In this document: one piece after another, positions 8,991 to 17,827 of the stretch | Numbering within the stretch: the stretch's first letter is position 1 | Layout: every line of letters starts with the position of its first letter | Assembly (NCBI GenBank): GCA_032654565.1 | Contig: JAULAX010000015.1 | Location: 1,088,001 to 1,152,000, forward strand | From: Anaeromyxobacteraceae bacterium | Lineage (GTDB): Bacteria > Myxococcota > Myxococcia > Myxococcales > Anaeromyxobacteraceae | Direction: 5' to 3' | DNA length: 64,000 nucleotides | Made by a program: the position numbers and the translations under genes | Notes under the pieces: generated by a model | Database searches by the model: none | What the model was told of the DNA's origin: nothing | What the model saw: only the letters and a program-made list of their open reading frames with translations

Positions 8991-11744
8991 CTACTTCTTG
9001 GCCGAAGCCTTCTTCTTCGCCGGCTTCTTCGCCTTGAACGTTCCTGGCTCGGCTGCGGGCTTCGCCGCAGCACTCGCCGGTTTGGCCTTCGCCGCTGCAG
9101 CTGCCTTCGCGGGCCTGCGGCCGCCCTTCTTCGCCGCGCGCAGCGCCGCCTTCTCCATCCCCTCCGGCGAGGCCATGTACTCGCGCCGCTCCGCCAGCAG
9201 CTCCTGGGCCCGCTCCTCGGTCAGGTCTTCGGGCTGGTCGCCGCGCTTGAGCGTGGCGTTGGTCTCGCCGTCGGTGAGGTACATGCCGAACTTGCCGTCC
9301 TTGAGCGTGATCCTCTTCCCCGAGACCGGATCCTCGCCGAAGGTCTTGAGCGGCGCCCGGGGGGCGCCCCGGCCGCGGAACTGCTTGGGCTGGGCGAAGA
9401 TGGCCAGCGCCTGGTCGAGGGTGATGCTGAGGGCGACGCCGTCGTCCTCGCCGCCGAGGTTGCGGCTGTCCGGCCCCATGGTCAGGTAGGCGCCGAACTT
9501 GCCGTAGCAGGCGCGCACCTCGTCGCCGTTGGGGGCGGCGCCGAGCAGGCGGGGCAGGGCCAGCAGCTGCAGCGCCTGGTCGAGCGTCACCGTGGCCGGG
9601 TCCATCGACTTGAGCAGCGACTGGGTCTTGACCGGCTTCTCCGGCTTGGCCGTGGCCTTCGACTTCGTCTTCCCCTTCGAGGCGGCGGCCTCGGTGGCCA
9701 CCTCCACGACCTTGCCCGGGGGCGGCGCCAGCTGCACGTACGGGCCGAAGCGGCCCGACTTGACCCGCACCTCCAGGCCGGTGGCCGGGTCGAGGCCGAG
9801 CTCGCGGCCGCCGGTCGGCGCCGAGAGGATGCGCAGCGCCACCTCCACGGTCAGCTCGTCGGGGGCGAGGTTGCCGGGGATCGAGGCGGTGTCGTCGCCG
9901 CGCTTCAGGTAGGGGCCGTAGCGGCCGGGGCGGGCCTCGATGAGCACGCCATGGGCGTCAACGCCGATGGGGATGGAGTTGATGGCGGCGGCGTCGATGC
10001 CGCCGAGGTCGGAGACCAGCGCCTTGAGCCCGATGTGCTTGGCGTCCCCGAAGTAGAAGAGCTTGAGGAAGTCGACGCGTCCGCGCTCGCCGCCGGCCAC
10101 CTCGTCGAGGTCGTCCTCCATCTCGGCGGTGAAGGCGAAGTCGACCAGCTGGGTGAAGTGCTTCTGCAGCAGGGCCACCACCGGGAAGCTGACCCAGTCC
10201 GGCACCAGCGCTTGCCCCTTCTTCCAGACGTAGCGCGAGGCCAGCGCCCCCATGATCGAGGCGTAGGTGGAGGGGCGGCCGATGCCCAGCTCCTCCAGCT
10301 TCTTCACCAGCGAGGCCTCGGTGTAGCGGGCCGGCGGCGAGGTGACGTGGCCGATGGGCTCGAGCGCGTCGACCCTGACGGCCTCGCCCTCGCGCAGCTG
10401 CGGCAGCGGCGACTCCTGGTCGTCGAGCGCCGCCTCGGGATCGTCGGCCCCCTCGACGTAGGCCCGCAGGTAGCCGGGGAAGGTGATGGTGCGCCCGCCG
10501 GCGCTGAACTCGCAGCGCTCGCCGGCGGCGGTGGCGGCGTCGAGCTTCACCGACACCGACTCGCCCTCGGCGTCGGTCATCTGCGAGGCCACGGTCCGCT
10601 TCCAGATCAGGTCGTAGAGCCGCAGCTCGGCGCCGCTCAGCTCGCCGGAGAGCGAGTCGGGGGTGCGGAAGGCGTCGCCGGCCGGGCGGATGGCCTCGTG
10701 GGCCTCCTGGGCGTTCTTGGCCTTCTTGGCGTAGGTGCGCGGCGAGGCCGGCAGGAACTTGGGGCCGTAGAGCTCGCCGATCTGGGCGCGGGCCGCCGAC
10801 AGCGCCGTGGCCGAGAGCGTGGTGCTGTCGGTGCGCATGTAGGTGATGTAGCCGCGCTCGTAGAGCCCCTGGGCCAGCCGCATCACCTGCTGGGCGGAGA
10901 GGCGCAGCTTGCGGCCGCCCTCCTGCTGCATGGTGGAGGTGATGAAGGGGGGCTTGGGCGAGCTGCGGTAGCCCTTCTTGTCCAGCGAGCGGACCGTGAA
11001 GGGGCGCCCCTCGAGGCCGGCGGTGAGGGCGCGGGCGGTGGCCTCGTCGAGGAGGCGGGCGTCGGAGGAGAGGACCCCCTGCTCGTTGAAGTCCTTGCCG
11101 GTGGCGACGCGGCGGCCGGCCACCGCGGTGAGCGTGGAGGTGAAGGCCGGGGAGGTGGGGTGGCGGGCGGTGAGGTTCCAGTAGGAGCCGGCGCGGAAGC
11201 GCATCCGCTCCAGCTCCCGCTCGACGATGAGCTTGATGGCGGGCGACTGGACGCGGCCGGCCGAGAGCTTGGGGCCGATCTTGCGCCAGAGCACCGGCGA
11301 GACCTCGTAGCCGTAGAGCCGGTCGAGGGTGCGGCGCGCCTCCTGGGCGTCGACCAGCCCCTCGTCGATCTGCCGCGACTGCTCGACCGCCTCGAGGATG
11401 GCCTTCTTGGTGATCTCGTGGAAGACCATCCGGTGGACCGGGACCTTGGGCTTGAGCCGGTTGAGCAGGTGCCAGGCGATGGCCTCGCCCTCGCGGTCTT
11501 CGTCGGTGGCCAGGTAGAGGGCGCTGGCGGTGGCCAGGGCGGCCTTGAGCTCGGCGATCACCTTGGGCTTGGTCACCTCGTAGGTCAGGGCGAAGTCGTT
11601 CTCCACGTCCACGCAGAGCGGGGAGGAGGGCAGGTCGACGACGTGACCGACGGAGGCCATCACCTTGAAGTCGGCGCCGAGGTACTTTTCGATGGTCTTG
11701 GCCTTGGCGGGCGACTCGACGATGACCAGGGACTTGGAAGCCAT
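8991..11744 (-). CDS. topA: type IA DNA topoisomerase I with Topo_C repeats and Lys/Ala-rich tail
   Basis: LVIVESPAKAKTI, DEDREGEAI, GYITYMRTDS, GRYGPY/GRFGPY repeats; start at ATG 11744. Confidence 0.96.
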   Translation of the reverse strand: MASKSLVIVESPAKAKTIEKYLGADFKVMASVGHVVDLPSSPLCVDVENDFALTYEVTKPKVIAELKAALATASALYLATDEDREGEAIAWHLLNRLKPKVPVHRMVFHEITKKAILEAVEQSRQIDEGLVDAQEARRTLDRLYGYEVSPVLWRKIGPKLSAGRVQSPAIKLIVERELERMRFRAGSYWNLTARHPTSPAFTSTLTAVAGRRVATGKDFNEQGVLSSDARLLDEATARALTAGLEGRPFTVRSLDKKGYRSSPKPPFITSTMQQEGGRKLRLSAQQVMRLAQGLYERGYITYMRTDSTTLSATALSAARAQIGELYGPKFLPASPRTYAKKAKNAQEAHEAIRPAGDAFRTPDSLSGELSGAELRLYDLIWKRTVASQMTDAEGESVSVKLDAATAAGERCEFSAGGRTITFPGYLRAYVEGADDPEAALDDQESPLPQLREGEAVRVDALEPIGHVTSPPARYTEASLVKKLEELGIGRPSTYASIMGALASRYVWKKGQALVPDWVSFPVVALLQKHFTQLVDFAFTAEMEDDLDEVAGGERGRVDFLKLFYFGDAKHIGLKALVSDLGGIDAAAINSIPIGVDAHGVLIEARPGRYGPYLKRGDDTASIPGNLAPDELTVEVALRILSAPTGGRELGLDPATGLEVRVKSGRFGPYVQLAPPPGKVVEVATEAAASKGKTKSKATAKPEKPVKTQSLLKSMDPATVTLDQALQLLALPRLLGAAPNGDEVRACYGKFGAYLTMGPDSRNLGGEDDGVALSITLDQALAIFAQPKQFRGRGAPRAPLKTFGEDPVSGKRITLKDGKFGMYLTDGETNATLKRGDQPEDLTEERAQELLAERREYMASPEGMEKAALRAAKKGGRRPAKAAAAAKAKPASAAAKPAAEPGTFKAKKPAKKKASAKK

Positions 11745-11753
11745 GGCCGGGAC

Positions 11754-11783
11754 GGATAGGTGGAGGGGGAGGGTCTTGTCAAC
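11754..11783 (-). promoter_or_regulatory. putative sigma70 promoter of topA
   Basis: TTGACA-N18-TATCCG on minus strand just upstream of the ATG. Confidence 0.5.
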
Positions 11784-11829
11784 TGAGGTGGGCTGCATGG
11801 GTCCCGTCAGGAGGGGCTAGGATGTGGGC

Positions 11830-12399
11830 ATGACGGGTCGAAAACTGGTTGGAAACCGGGAATCGCCTCGCGCCAGCGCGTGGGTGGCGCTGCTCCGGGG
11901 CGTGAACGTGGGCGGCCGCCACCTGCTGCCCATGGAGACGCTGGCGCGGTTCTTCGAGCAGGCGGGCTGCTCGGAGGTGCGGACGGTGATCCAGAGCGGG
12001 AACGTCCTGTTCCGGGCCACGGCCACGGTGGCCCGGGCGGCGCCGGCGCTGGTGGAGGCCCGGATAGAGAAGGAGTGCGGGTTCCGGGCGCCCGTCGTGC
12101 TGCGCAGCGCCGCCGAGGTGGCGGCGGTGCTGGCCGGCAACCCCTTCCTGGCCGAGGGGGAGGAGGAGCTGCTGCAGGTGGTCTTCCTGGCCAAGAAGCC
12201 GGCGACGGCGGCGGTGGCGAAGCTCGATCCCGGCCACTCGCTCGGCGACCGGTTCGTGGTGCGGGGGCGGGAGGTGTACCTGCTGCTGCCCCGGGGCGTC
12301 TCCGGGACCCGCTTCACCGTCGACTACCTGGACCGGACCCTGGGCACCACCGGCACCTGGCGCAACTGGCGGAGCGTGAAGCGGCTGGCGGAGGGGTAG
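11830..12399 (+). CDS. DUF1697-family protein
   Basis: ALLRGVNVGG, IQSGNVLF, T.RNW; start chosen 6 nt after TAGGAT (alternative GTG 11824). Confidence 0.85.
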   Translation: MTGRKLVGNRESPRASAWVALLRGVNVGGRHLLPMETLARFFEQAGCSEVRTVIQSGNVLFRATATVARAAPALVEARIEKECGFRAPVVLRSAAEVAAVLAGNPFLAEGEEELLQVVFLAKKPATAAVAKLDPGHSLGDRFVVRGREVYLLLPRGVSGTRFTVDYLDRTLGTTGTWRNWRSVKRLAEG

Positions 12400-12408
12400 G
12401 GGGTCGGG

Positions 12409-13380
12409 TCAGGCGGCCGAGCTGGTGCGGAAGATCTCCGACCTGTGGAAGTCCAGGAAGGTCTCCTGCTCAGGGGTGAACGAACCGACACCTGGCGGGT
12501 GGTCGGGGTCGACACCGAGCTTGACGAGCGCGGCCTCGTCGGCCACGGGCGAGACGAGGACGCGCCCCTCTGAGAACGTGATGAACCCGCGGTCGAAGAG
12601 GAAGTCGGCCTGGGGAGCAAGCATCAGGCCGTTGTGCTTGCTGAGCCGCTCGCCGTTCGACGCGTGGCGCCAGGGCTTGATGTGGCTGGCAATGAGGTAG
12701 GCGGGATTGGTGACGCCGGTGATTCGGCATTCCCGCTCGACACGCGCGATGTTGCTTCGGAAGACGCCTTGACCTCGACGAGCCTTCACGAGTGCCTCGC
12801 GTTCGGTTTCCGGGATGGGTCCAGCCGCGAGCTCCTCGATGATGTGACCCTCCCAGAGCTCACGCTCGGGCTCCTCGGCCGACAGCAGGAGGGCCTGCTT
12901 CCTGTCCCTGACAAGGATCGGATTCCCGGCCTGGGCGGCTAGGTTCCAGAGCACCTGTCCAAGCGCAAGAGGGAGCTCGGCGAGGTAGACGGATTGGAGC
13001 CCTCGGCCGCTGGCCCTGTTCAAGGGCGAGTACATCTCGGGCAGCAGGTTGCCGATGGAGCCCCAGTGGTCCCTTGGAGCGACGGGCTGCTCGAGGCGAA
13101 CGTACTGCACGTCCACGCGATACCCGACCTCTCCCCAGTTTCGACCGGCGGGCCCGAACTCGACCGGCTTGGGGGCGTCGTAGCCGAAGGAGCAGATCGT
13201 GCCGTACGCACGGACGGAACCCTCCCAGTAAGAGAAGACGAGATCCCCGGGGGCGACCGCCTTCATGTTCTCGTAGAACTGGTTCCGGGACTGGTCGCGT
13301 TTGCGCTTGGGCGACCAGAGATAGCCGCCGCCGATCTCGTGACGGTGGGTCTGCTTCTGGTTGACCCACCAGTAGCGCAA
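12409..13380 (-). CDS. HNH endonuclease with N-terminal PUA/EVE-like domain (candidate modification-dependent restriction enzyme)
   Basis: YWWVNQ...LWSPK...PGDLVFSY N-terminus; RRGQGVFR, CRITG, ASHIKPW, NGLML, DFLFDRGFITF. Confidence 0.8.
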   Translation of the reverse strand: MRYWWVNQKQTHRHEIGGGYLWSPKRKRDQSRNQFYENMKAVAPGDLVFSYWEGSVRAYGTICSFGYDAPKPVEFGPAGRNWGEVGYRVDVQYVRLEQPVAPRDHWGSIGNLLPEMYSPLNRASGRGLQSVYLAELPLALGQVLWNLAAQAGNPILVRDRKQALLLSAEEPERELWEGHIIEELAAGPIPETEREALVKARRGQGVFRSNIARVERECRITGVTNPAYLIASHIKPWRHASNGERLSKHNGLMLAPQADFLFDRGFITFSEGRVLVSPVADEAALVKLGVDPDHPPGVGSFTPEQETFLDFHRSEIFRTSSAA

Positions 13381-13510
13381 GGTGTGACGAGCTTACTGCG
13401 ACCCTGGGTTGGATGACCAGGCGGGTAAGGATCTGGCTAGAGCACCAGCGGGGAGCCATCGCGAAAGTCCCGTCCCACTTGGGTTCCCTGCGTTTCGGCG
13501 ACCCCAAGAA

Positions 13511-13532
13511 TGTCAGACCCGCATGAGACGCT
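13511..13532 (+). promoter_or_regulatory. RecA-NDp/PafBC-like promoter
   Basis: TGTCAG-N10-GACGCT, 6 nt before ATG 13539. Confidence 0.55.
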
Positions 13533-13538
13533 CCGTGA

Positions 13539-14954
13539 ATGATCAACGCGCAACCGACCCCATCCTCGGCCGCGGCTTCGACTCACGGAGCGGCCACCCC
13601 CTCCCTCGCACTCCTGGAAGCACGGCAGCTCCGCGACGCGCTCAAGGTCCTCCTCCGCAGGGAGCAGGCCGCCATGGCCGACTTCCTCGTCGCCCTGGCC
13701 GACTTCGATCGGCGGCGTGGCTGGGAGGCGCTGGGACATGCCAGCCTCTTCGCCTTCCTCATCGCCGATCTCGGGCTCTCCAAGAGCGCGGCCTATTACC
13801 GCAGGAGCGCCGCCGAGCTGCTCCAGCACTTCCCGGAGGTCATCGCGCCGCTCGGAGAGGGCAAGCTCTGCCTCTCCACGGTCGGCGAGCTGGCCAAGGT
13901 GCTGACCGAAGAGAACCGGGCCGTCGTCACGCCGCGCTTCTTCGGTCTCTCGTCGCGTGAGGCGCAGGAGCTGGTCGCCGAGCTCCAGCCTCGCCACGTG
14001 CCGAGCACCAGGCTGGTGGTGACCCGGCTGTTCGACCGATCGGTGGCGTCGCCAGCCAGCGCCGCTCAGCCCCTGCTCACGCTCACGCAAGCGCTTCCGT
14101 CCGGATCTACGCCGCCGACCACGCTGCCGTTCGGTTCCGCACCGCAGTCCAATTCCGCGTCGCTGTTCGGCGCACACCCGAACGCGGTCCCTCTTTGGCG
14201 ATTCCCGACGTCGGGAATCGCCAAAGGGGGAGACGTACGGCCGCAGTCTCCGCGCGACGACATCGAACCACTCACGGCCGACCTGCGCCGGCTCCACATC
14301 ACCGTCTCGCGCCAGCTCCTGAAGAAGCTCGAAGCCGCTCAGTCCGGCCTCGGCCACGCCATCCCAGGCGCGACGATGGAGCAGGTGATCGACGCGGCGG
14401 TCGACCTGCTGCTGGAGAAGCAGGCCAGGGCGCGCGGGCAGGTGAAGCGGCCGCGCGGCGTGGCCGCCACGGCGGCGCCGCTGCCGGTGAGGGAGGTTGT
14501 CGCCGCCCCGGCGCGACCGAGCACCGAGAAGACGCCCCAGGTCACTCCGACCGACCCGCAACCAGGCTCCCCTCCACCGCACGCGCTCGTCCCGTCCAGG
14601 CCTCCCCTGACCGAGCCCTCGACCGAACCTTCGAACGAGCCACCACCTCACCGCCGCACCGGCGCCCGCGAACCCATCCCCGCCGCCGTGCGCCGCGCCG
14701 TCTGGGCGCGCGACGCCGGCCGCTGCTCCTGGCCGCTCGACGGTGGCGGCTGCTGCGGCTCGACGCACCGGCTGGAGCTCGACCACATCGTGCCCTGGGC
14801 CAGGTGGGGCGACTCGACGGAGGCCAACCTGCGCCTCACCTGCGCCGCGCACAACAGGCTCGCGGCGCGGGAGATGTTCGGCGAGCGGGTGACGGCCCGG
14901 TACCGCGGGGTGAGGGAGCCGCCGGCGCAGTACGGAGCCGCGGCGTCGGGGTGA
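13539..14954 (+). CDS. DUF222-like / C-terminal HNH endonuclease protein
   Basis: LADFDRRRGWEALGHASLF N-terminus; RRAVWARDAGRC...ELDHIVPWA...NLRLTCAAHN. Confidence 0.85.
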   Translation: MINAQPTPSSAAASTHGAATPSLALLEARQLRDALKVLLRREQAAMADFLVALADFDRRRGWEALGHASLFAFLIADLGLSKSAAYYRRSAAELLQHFPEVIAPLGEGKLCLSTVGELAKVLTEENRAVVTPRFFGLSSREAQELVAELQPRHVPSTRLVVTRLFDRSVASPASAAQPLLTLTQALPSGSTPPTTLPFGSAPQSNSASLFGAHPNAVPLWRFPTSGIAKGGDVRPQSPRDDIEPLTADLRRLHITVSRQLLKKLEAAQSGLGHAIPGATMEQVIDAAVDLLLEKQARARGQVKRPRGVAATAAPLPVREVVAAPARPSTEKTPQVTPTDPQPGSPPPHALVPSRPPLTEPSTEPSNEPPPHRRTGAREPIPAAVRRAVWARDAGRCSWPLDGGGCCGSTHRLELDHIVPWARWGDSTEANLRLTCAAHNRLAAREMFGERVTARYRGVREPPAQYGAAASG

Positions 14955-14963
14955 GAGGCCGCG

Positions 14964-15462
14964 CTACTGAACCCGCTCCCAGGTCAGCACGTAGACCGAG
15001 GTCTTGCCGGTGGTCGCGCTCTTCATCGGCGTCGACCGCATGGTGAGGCGGTTCCCCTCGCGCTTCAGCTGCCGCACCTGATCGGTTCCGACCCACTCCG
15101 GGAGCCAGGCCACGTCGACGTGGAAGGTGACCTGCTCGCCGCTCACCGCCCAGCGCCCCGAGTAGGCGGACATGGTGTTGAAGAGCTTCTCCACCTTCTC
15201 GGCGCCCCCCGGCTCGCCGTGCGGCACGGCCAGGCGCCCCTCGGCCGTGATCACCACACTCATCCGCCCCCCCCGGCAGCAGCACCAGGAAGCCCTCCGG
15301 TCGCTCACCCCACGGCCTGGCGATCGCCCCGGTCTCGACCTCCTCGCGCACGTAGGCGGTGAGCCGCCAGGTCCCCTGCAGCGACGGCTCCTCGCCGCGC
15401 GCCGGTGCGGAGAGGAGGAGCAGCCCAAGCAGGAGCGCGGCGCGCGGCAGGGACGTTGTCAT
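14964..15462 (-). pseudogene. lipocalin-like domain secreted protein, +1 frameshift in a G8 run
   Basis: N-half (signal peptide, LQGTWRL, WGERPEGFL) and C-half (AYSGRW, WVGTDQVR, LTWER) are in different frames, joined at homopolymer 15267-15274. Confidence 0.8.
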
Positions 15463-15535
15463 GGACGACCCCCGGTGGTGGGAGGCCCGAATCTAGCGAA
15501 CCACCAGCGTGACCGGAAGTGCGGAATGCGACTGC

Positions 15536-16153
15536 CTACGGCGGCGGGACCTGTCCGAAGCTCGGCCGCCCCGTGCGCCGGTACGTGGCCAGCACCACGC
15601 CGGTGCTGGAGCCCCGCGACGTGACCAGCTCGAAGGCCGTCGGCACCGTCCCGCTGCCGAAGAGCCGCTTGCCGCTCCCCAGGATGACCGGGAAGGTGAG
15701 CAGGTTCAGCTCGTCGACCAGCCCGTGCTCCAGCAGCGTCTGGGCCAGCCCCGGGCTGCCGTGCACCTGCAGCTCGCCCTCGCCGAGCGTGCGCTTCAAG
15801 GCCGCCACCTCGGCCGGCACGTCGCGCACCAGGCTGCTCCCGGCCCACTCCACCCTGGCCAGCGTCCGCGAGGCCACGTACTTCGGCAGCCCGTTGAGCT
15901 TCCTGGCGACCTGGTCAGCGGGGTCGGTCACCTTCGGCCAGTGGCCGGCGAAGATCTGCCAGGTCCCACGCCCCAGCAGGAAGGCCACGGGCCGATCGAA
16001 GATCCCGGTCATGAACTCGCCGAAGGCCTGGTCCACGTAGGGCACCACCCAACCGCCGTGCGCGAACCCGCCGCTCACGTCCTCCTGTGGCCCGCCCGGC
16101 CCCTGCATCACGCCGTCGAGCGTCACGAACGCCGTCATCGTCAGCCTGGCCAT
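15536..16153 (-). CDS. dihydrofolate reductase-like (RibD C-terminal) family protein
   Basis: TLDGVMQGPGG, LLGRGTW, GLVDEL, PVILGSGKRLF. Confidence 0.9.
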   Translation of the reverse strand: MARLTMTAFVTLDGVMQGPGGPQEDVSGGFAHGGWVVPYVDQAFGEFMTGIFDRPVAFLLGRGTWQIFAGHWPKVTDPADQVARKLNGLPKYVASRTLARVEWAGSSLVRDVPAEVAALKRTLGEGELQVHGSPGLAQTLLEHGLVDELNLLTFPVILGSGKRLFGSGTVPTAFELVTSRGSSTGVVLATYRRTGRPSFGQVPPP

Positions 16154-16265
16154 GGCTCGCCGCCTCCTTCAAGGGTCCCACGTCCGGCAAACCTAACGGC
16201 GCGGGCGGGAGGTGGCACGCGATCCGGCGCCGGGCGTGATCGGGGAGGCGGCGGCCAGGTGCTGG

Positions 16266-17588
16266 CTACCAGCCTGGGCGCCCTGAAGGGCGCCCGATAT
16301 GCCCAGCCAGCGCGGCCACCGCGGCTCCGGCCCCGTCGGCGAAGCGCCGCACCTGATCGGAGAGCAACGGCTGGGCCGCCACCTCGCCCCAGAAGCGCAT
16401 GGACCAGGCCGCAGCGTCGGGCCAGACGTCCAGGGTGGCGCCGGTGGGCGGCGCCGGCACGAAGCGGCGATTCACCAGCGTCTCGGCGGCGGGCGCCAGG
16501 ATCATGGGGAGCATGTCGTAGGAGGGGGCCAGCCGGAGCGACCCCTCCGGCGCCGCCAGGAAGGCCAGGTTCCCGGCGTGGCGATCGTTGTTGCCGATGA
16601 GCTGGCCGAAGGTGTCGAGCCAGCGCACCCGCCGCCGGTCCTCGGGAGAGAGGAGGAACGGCGGCCCCACCAGCTGGGCCACCACGGCGATCCAGTCGCC
16701 GCCGACGCCGAGGTGCTCGTTGTCGATGGCGCCGAGGGAGATCACGGCACGGCGGCCGCGCGCGCCGACCCGGTCGAACCGCTCGACCTCGAGGAAGCGC
16801 CAGCCCTCCACGTCCATCCAGCGGGCCGTCGAGGCCGGCACGCCGGCCGTGGCCACCAGCTCCAGCGCCTTCCACTCGCACCAGAGCAGATCCCGCCAGC
16901 GCCGGGCGCTCGGGGCCGACTCACCCGAGGCGAACTTCACCAGCAGGTGGCGTCCCCGGGCGAAGGCGCCGAACTTGGGCCGCTCACCGCCCGCCGAGGA
17001 GCCGGCCACGTCGGTGGCGGCGCGCTCGGCCAGCTGCGGGTAGGAGGCCGGCTCGACCTCGCGCAGCGGCGCCGCCAGCGCGCGCGACAGCGACTCGTCG
17101 CCCACCACCAGGTCGCCGACGCAGTCCTCGCCCCGCCGAGCCAGCGCCGTGAGCCGGTGATCGTCCGACCAGCGCCCCAGCCGCGGCGGCAGCGCCAGCT
17201 CGGGGAATCGGCTGGGGAAGCCGTGGCCGAGGAACCCCTGCGGCGCCATGTCGGCGAGGGCCGGCGGCAGCCCGGCGAAGAGGAGACCGGCGCGCCCCGA
17301 CTCCCACCAGTGCTGCCCCTCGGCCAGCAGGTGCAGCAGGCCCGCCGCGGTGGCCTGGCCCGTCTCGTCGACCCGGAAGATGGGGAGGCGCCGGCCCAGC
17401 CCCTCGATCTGGCGGGTCCTCGCGTAGCTGGTGGCCCGGCCACTCCACATGCGGAGGACGCGCTCACCGGCCCTGCCCACCAGCCGGGAGAGCGTCGGCC
17501 CGGAGATCCCGAGCGCGGTACGCAGCTCGGCGGCCCGCGCCACCCGGCGCCGGGAGAGCTCTGCGAGGAGGCTGTCGACGTCGGTCAT
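16266..17588 (-). CDS. yjjJ: YjjJ-type HipA-family kinase with N-terminal HTH
   Basis: LGISGPTLSR HTH; GSSAGGERPKF, VERFDR, IGNNDRHAGN, LAPSYDMLP. Confidence 0.85.
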   Translation of the reverse strand: MTDVDSLLAELSRRRVARAAELRTALGISGPTLSRLVGRAGERVLRMWSGRATSYARTRQIEGLGRRLPIFRVDETGQATAAGLLHLLAEGQHWWESGRAGLLFAGLPPALADMAPQGFLGHGFPSRFPELALPPRLGRWSDDHRLTALARRGEDCVGDLVVGDESLSRALAAPLREVEPASYPQLAERAATDVAGSSAGGERPKFGAFARGRHLLVKFASGESAPSARRWRDLLWCEWKALELVATAGVPASTARWMDVEGWRFLEVERFDRVGARGRRAVISLGAIDNEHLGVGGDWIAVVAQLVGPPFLLSPEDRRRVRWLDTFGQLIGNNDRHAGNLAFLAAPEGSLRLAPSYDMLPMILAPAAETLVNRRFVPAPPTGATLDVWPDAAAWSMRFWGEVAAQPLLSDQVRRFADGAGAAVAALAGHIGRPSGRPGW

Positions 17589-17642
17589 CGGGTGTGCCGG
17601 TGCTGGTCAGGCGGCGGTGGGGCGGCGGTGGAGGCGTCGCTG

Positions 17643-17752
17643 GAAACGAAGCGTGAATCAATACGTGAAACGATACACGAAACGATAAAGCAGACGCAAG
17701 AACAGCAAACGCAATCACTTAGGAGTTCATGGACCCGGACGAATGAAACGAT
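17643..17752. repeat. four 12-bp-period direct repeats (GAAACGA core) plus one isolated copy upstream of yjjJ
   Basis: cores at 17643, 17655 (GAATCAA), 17667, 17679 and 17745 in an AT-rich patch. Confidence 0.75.
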
Positions 17753-17779
17753 TTCCTGGCCAGCGCGCCCGCCCACCCG

Positions 17780-17804
17780 CCCCGCCCCGCCCCGCCCCGC
17801 CCCG
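17780..17804. repeat. (CCCCG)5 tract, G-quadruplex-prone on minus strand
   Basis: five perfect pentamers. Confidence 0.7.
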
Positions 17805-17827
17805 CCGCCCGCCTCGCCGCCTCCCCC

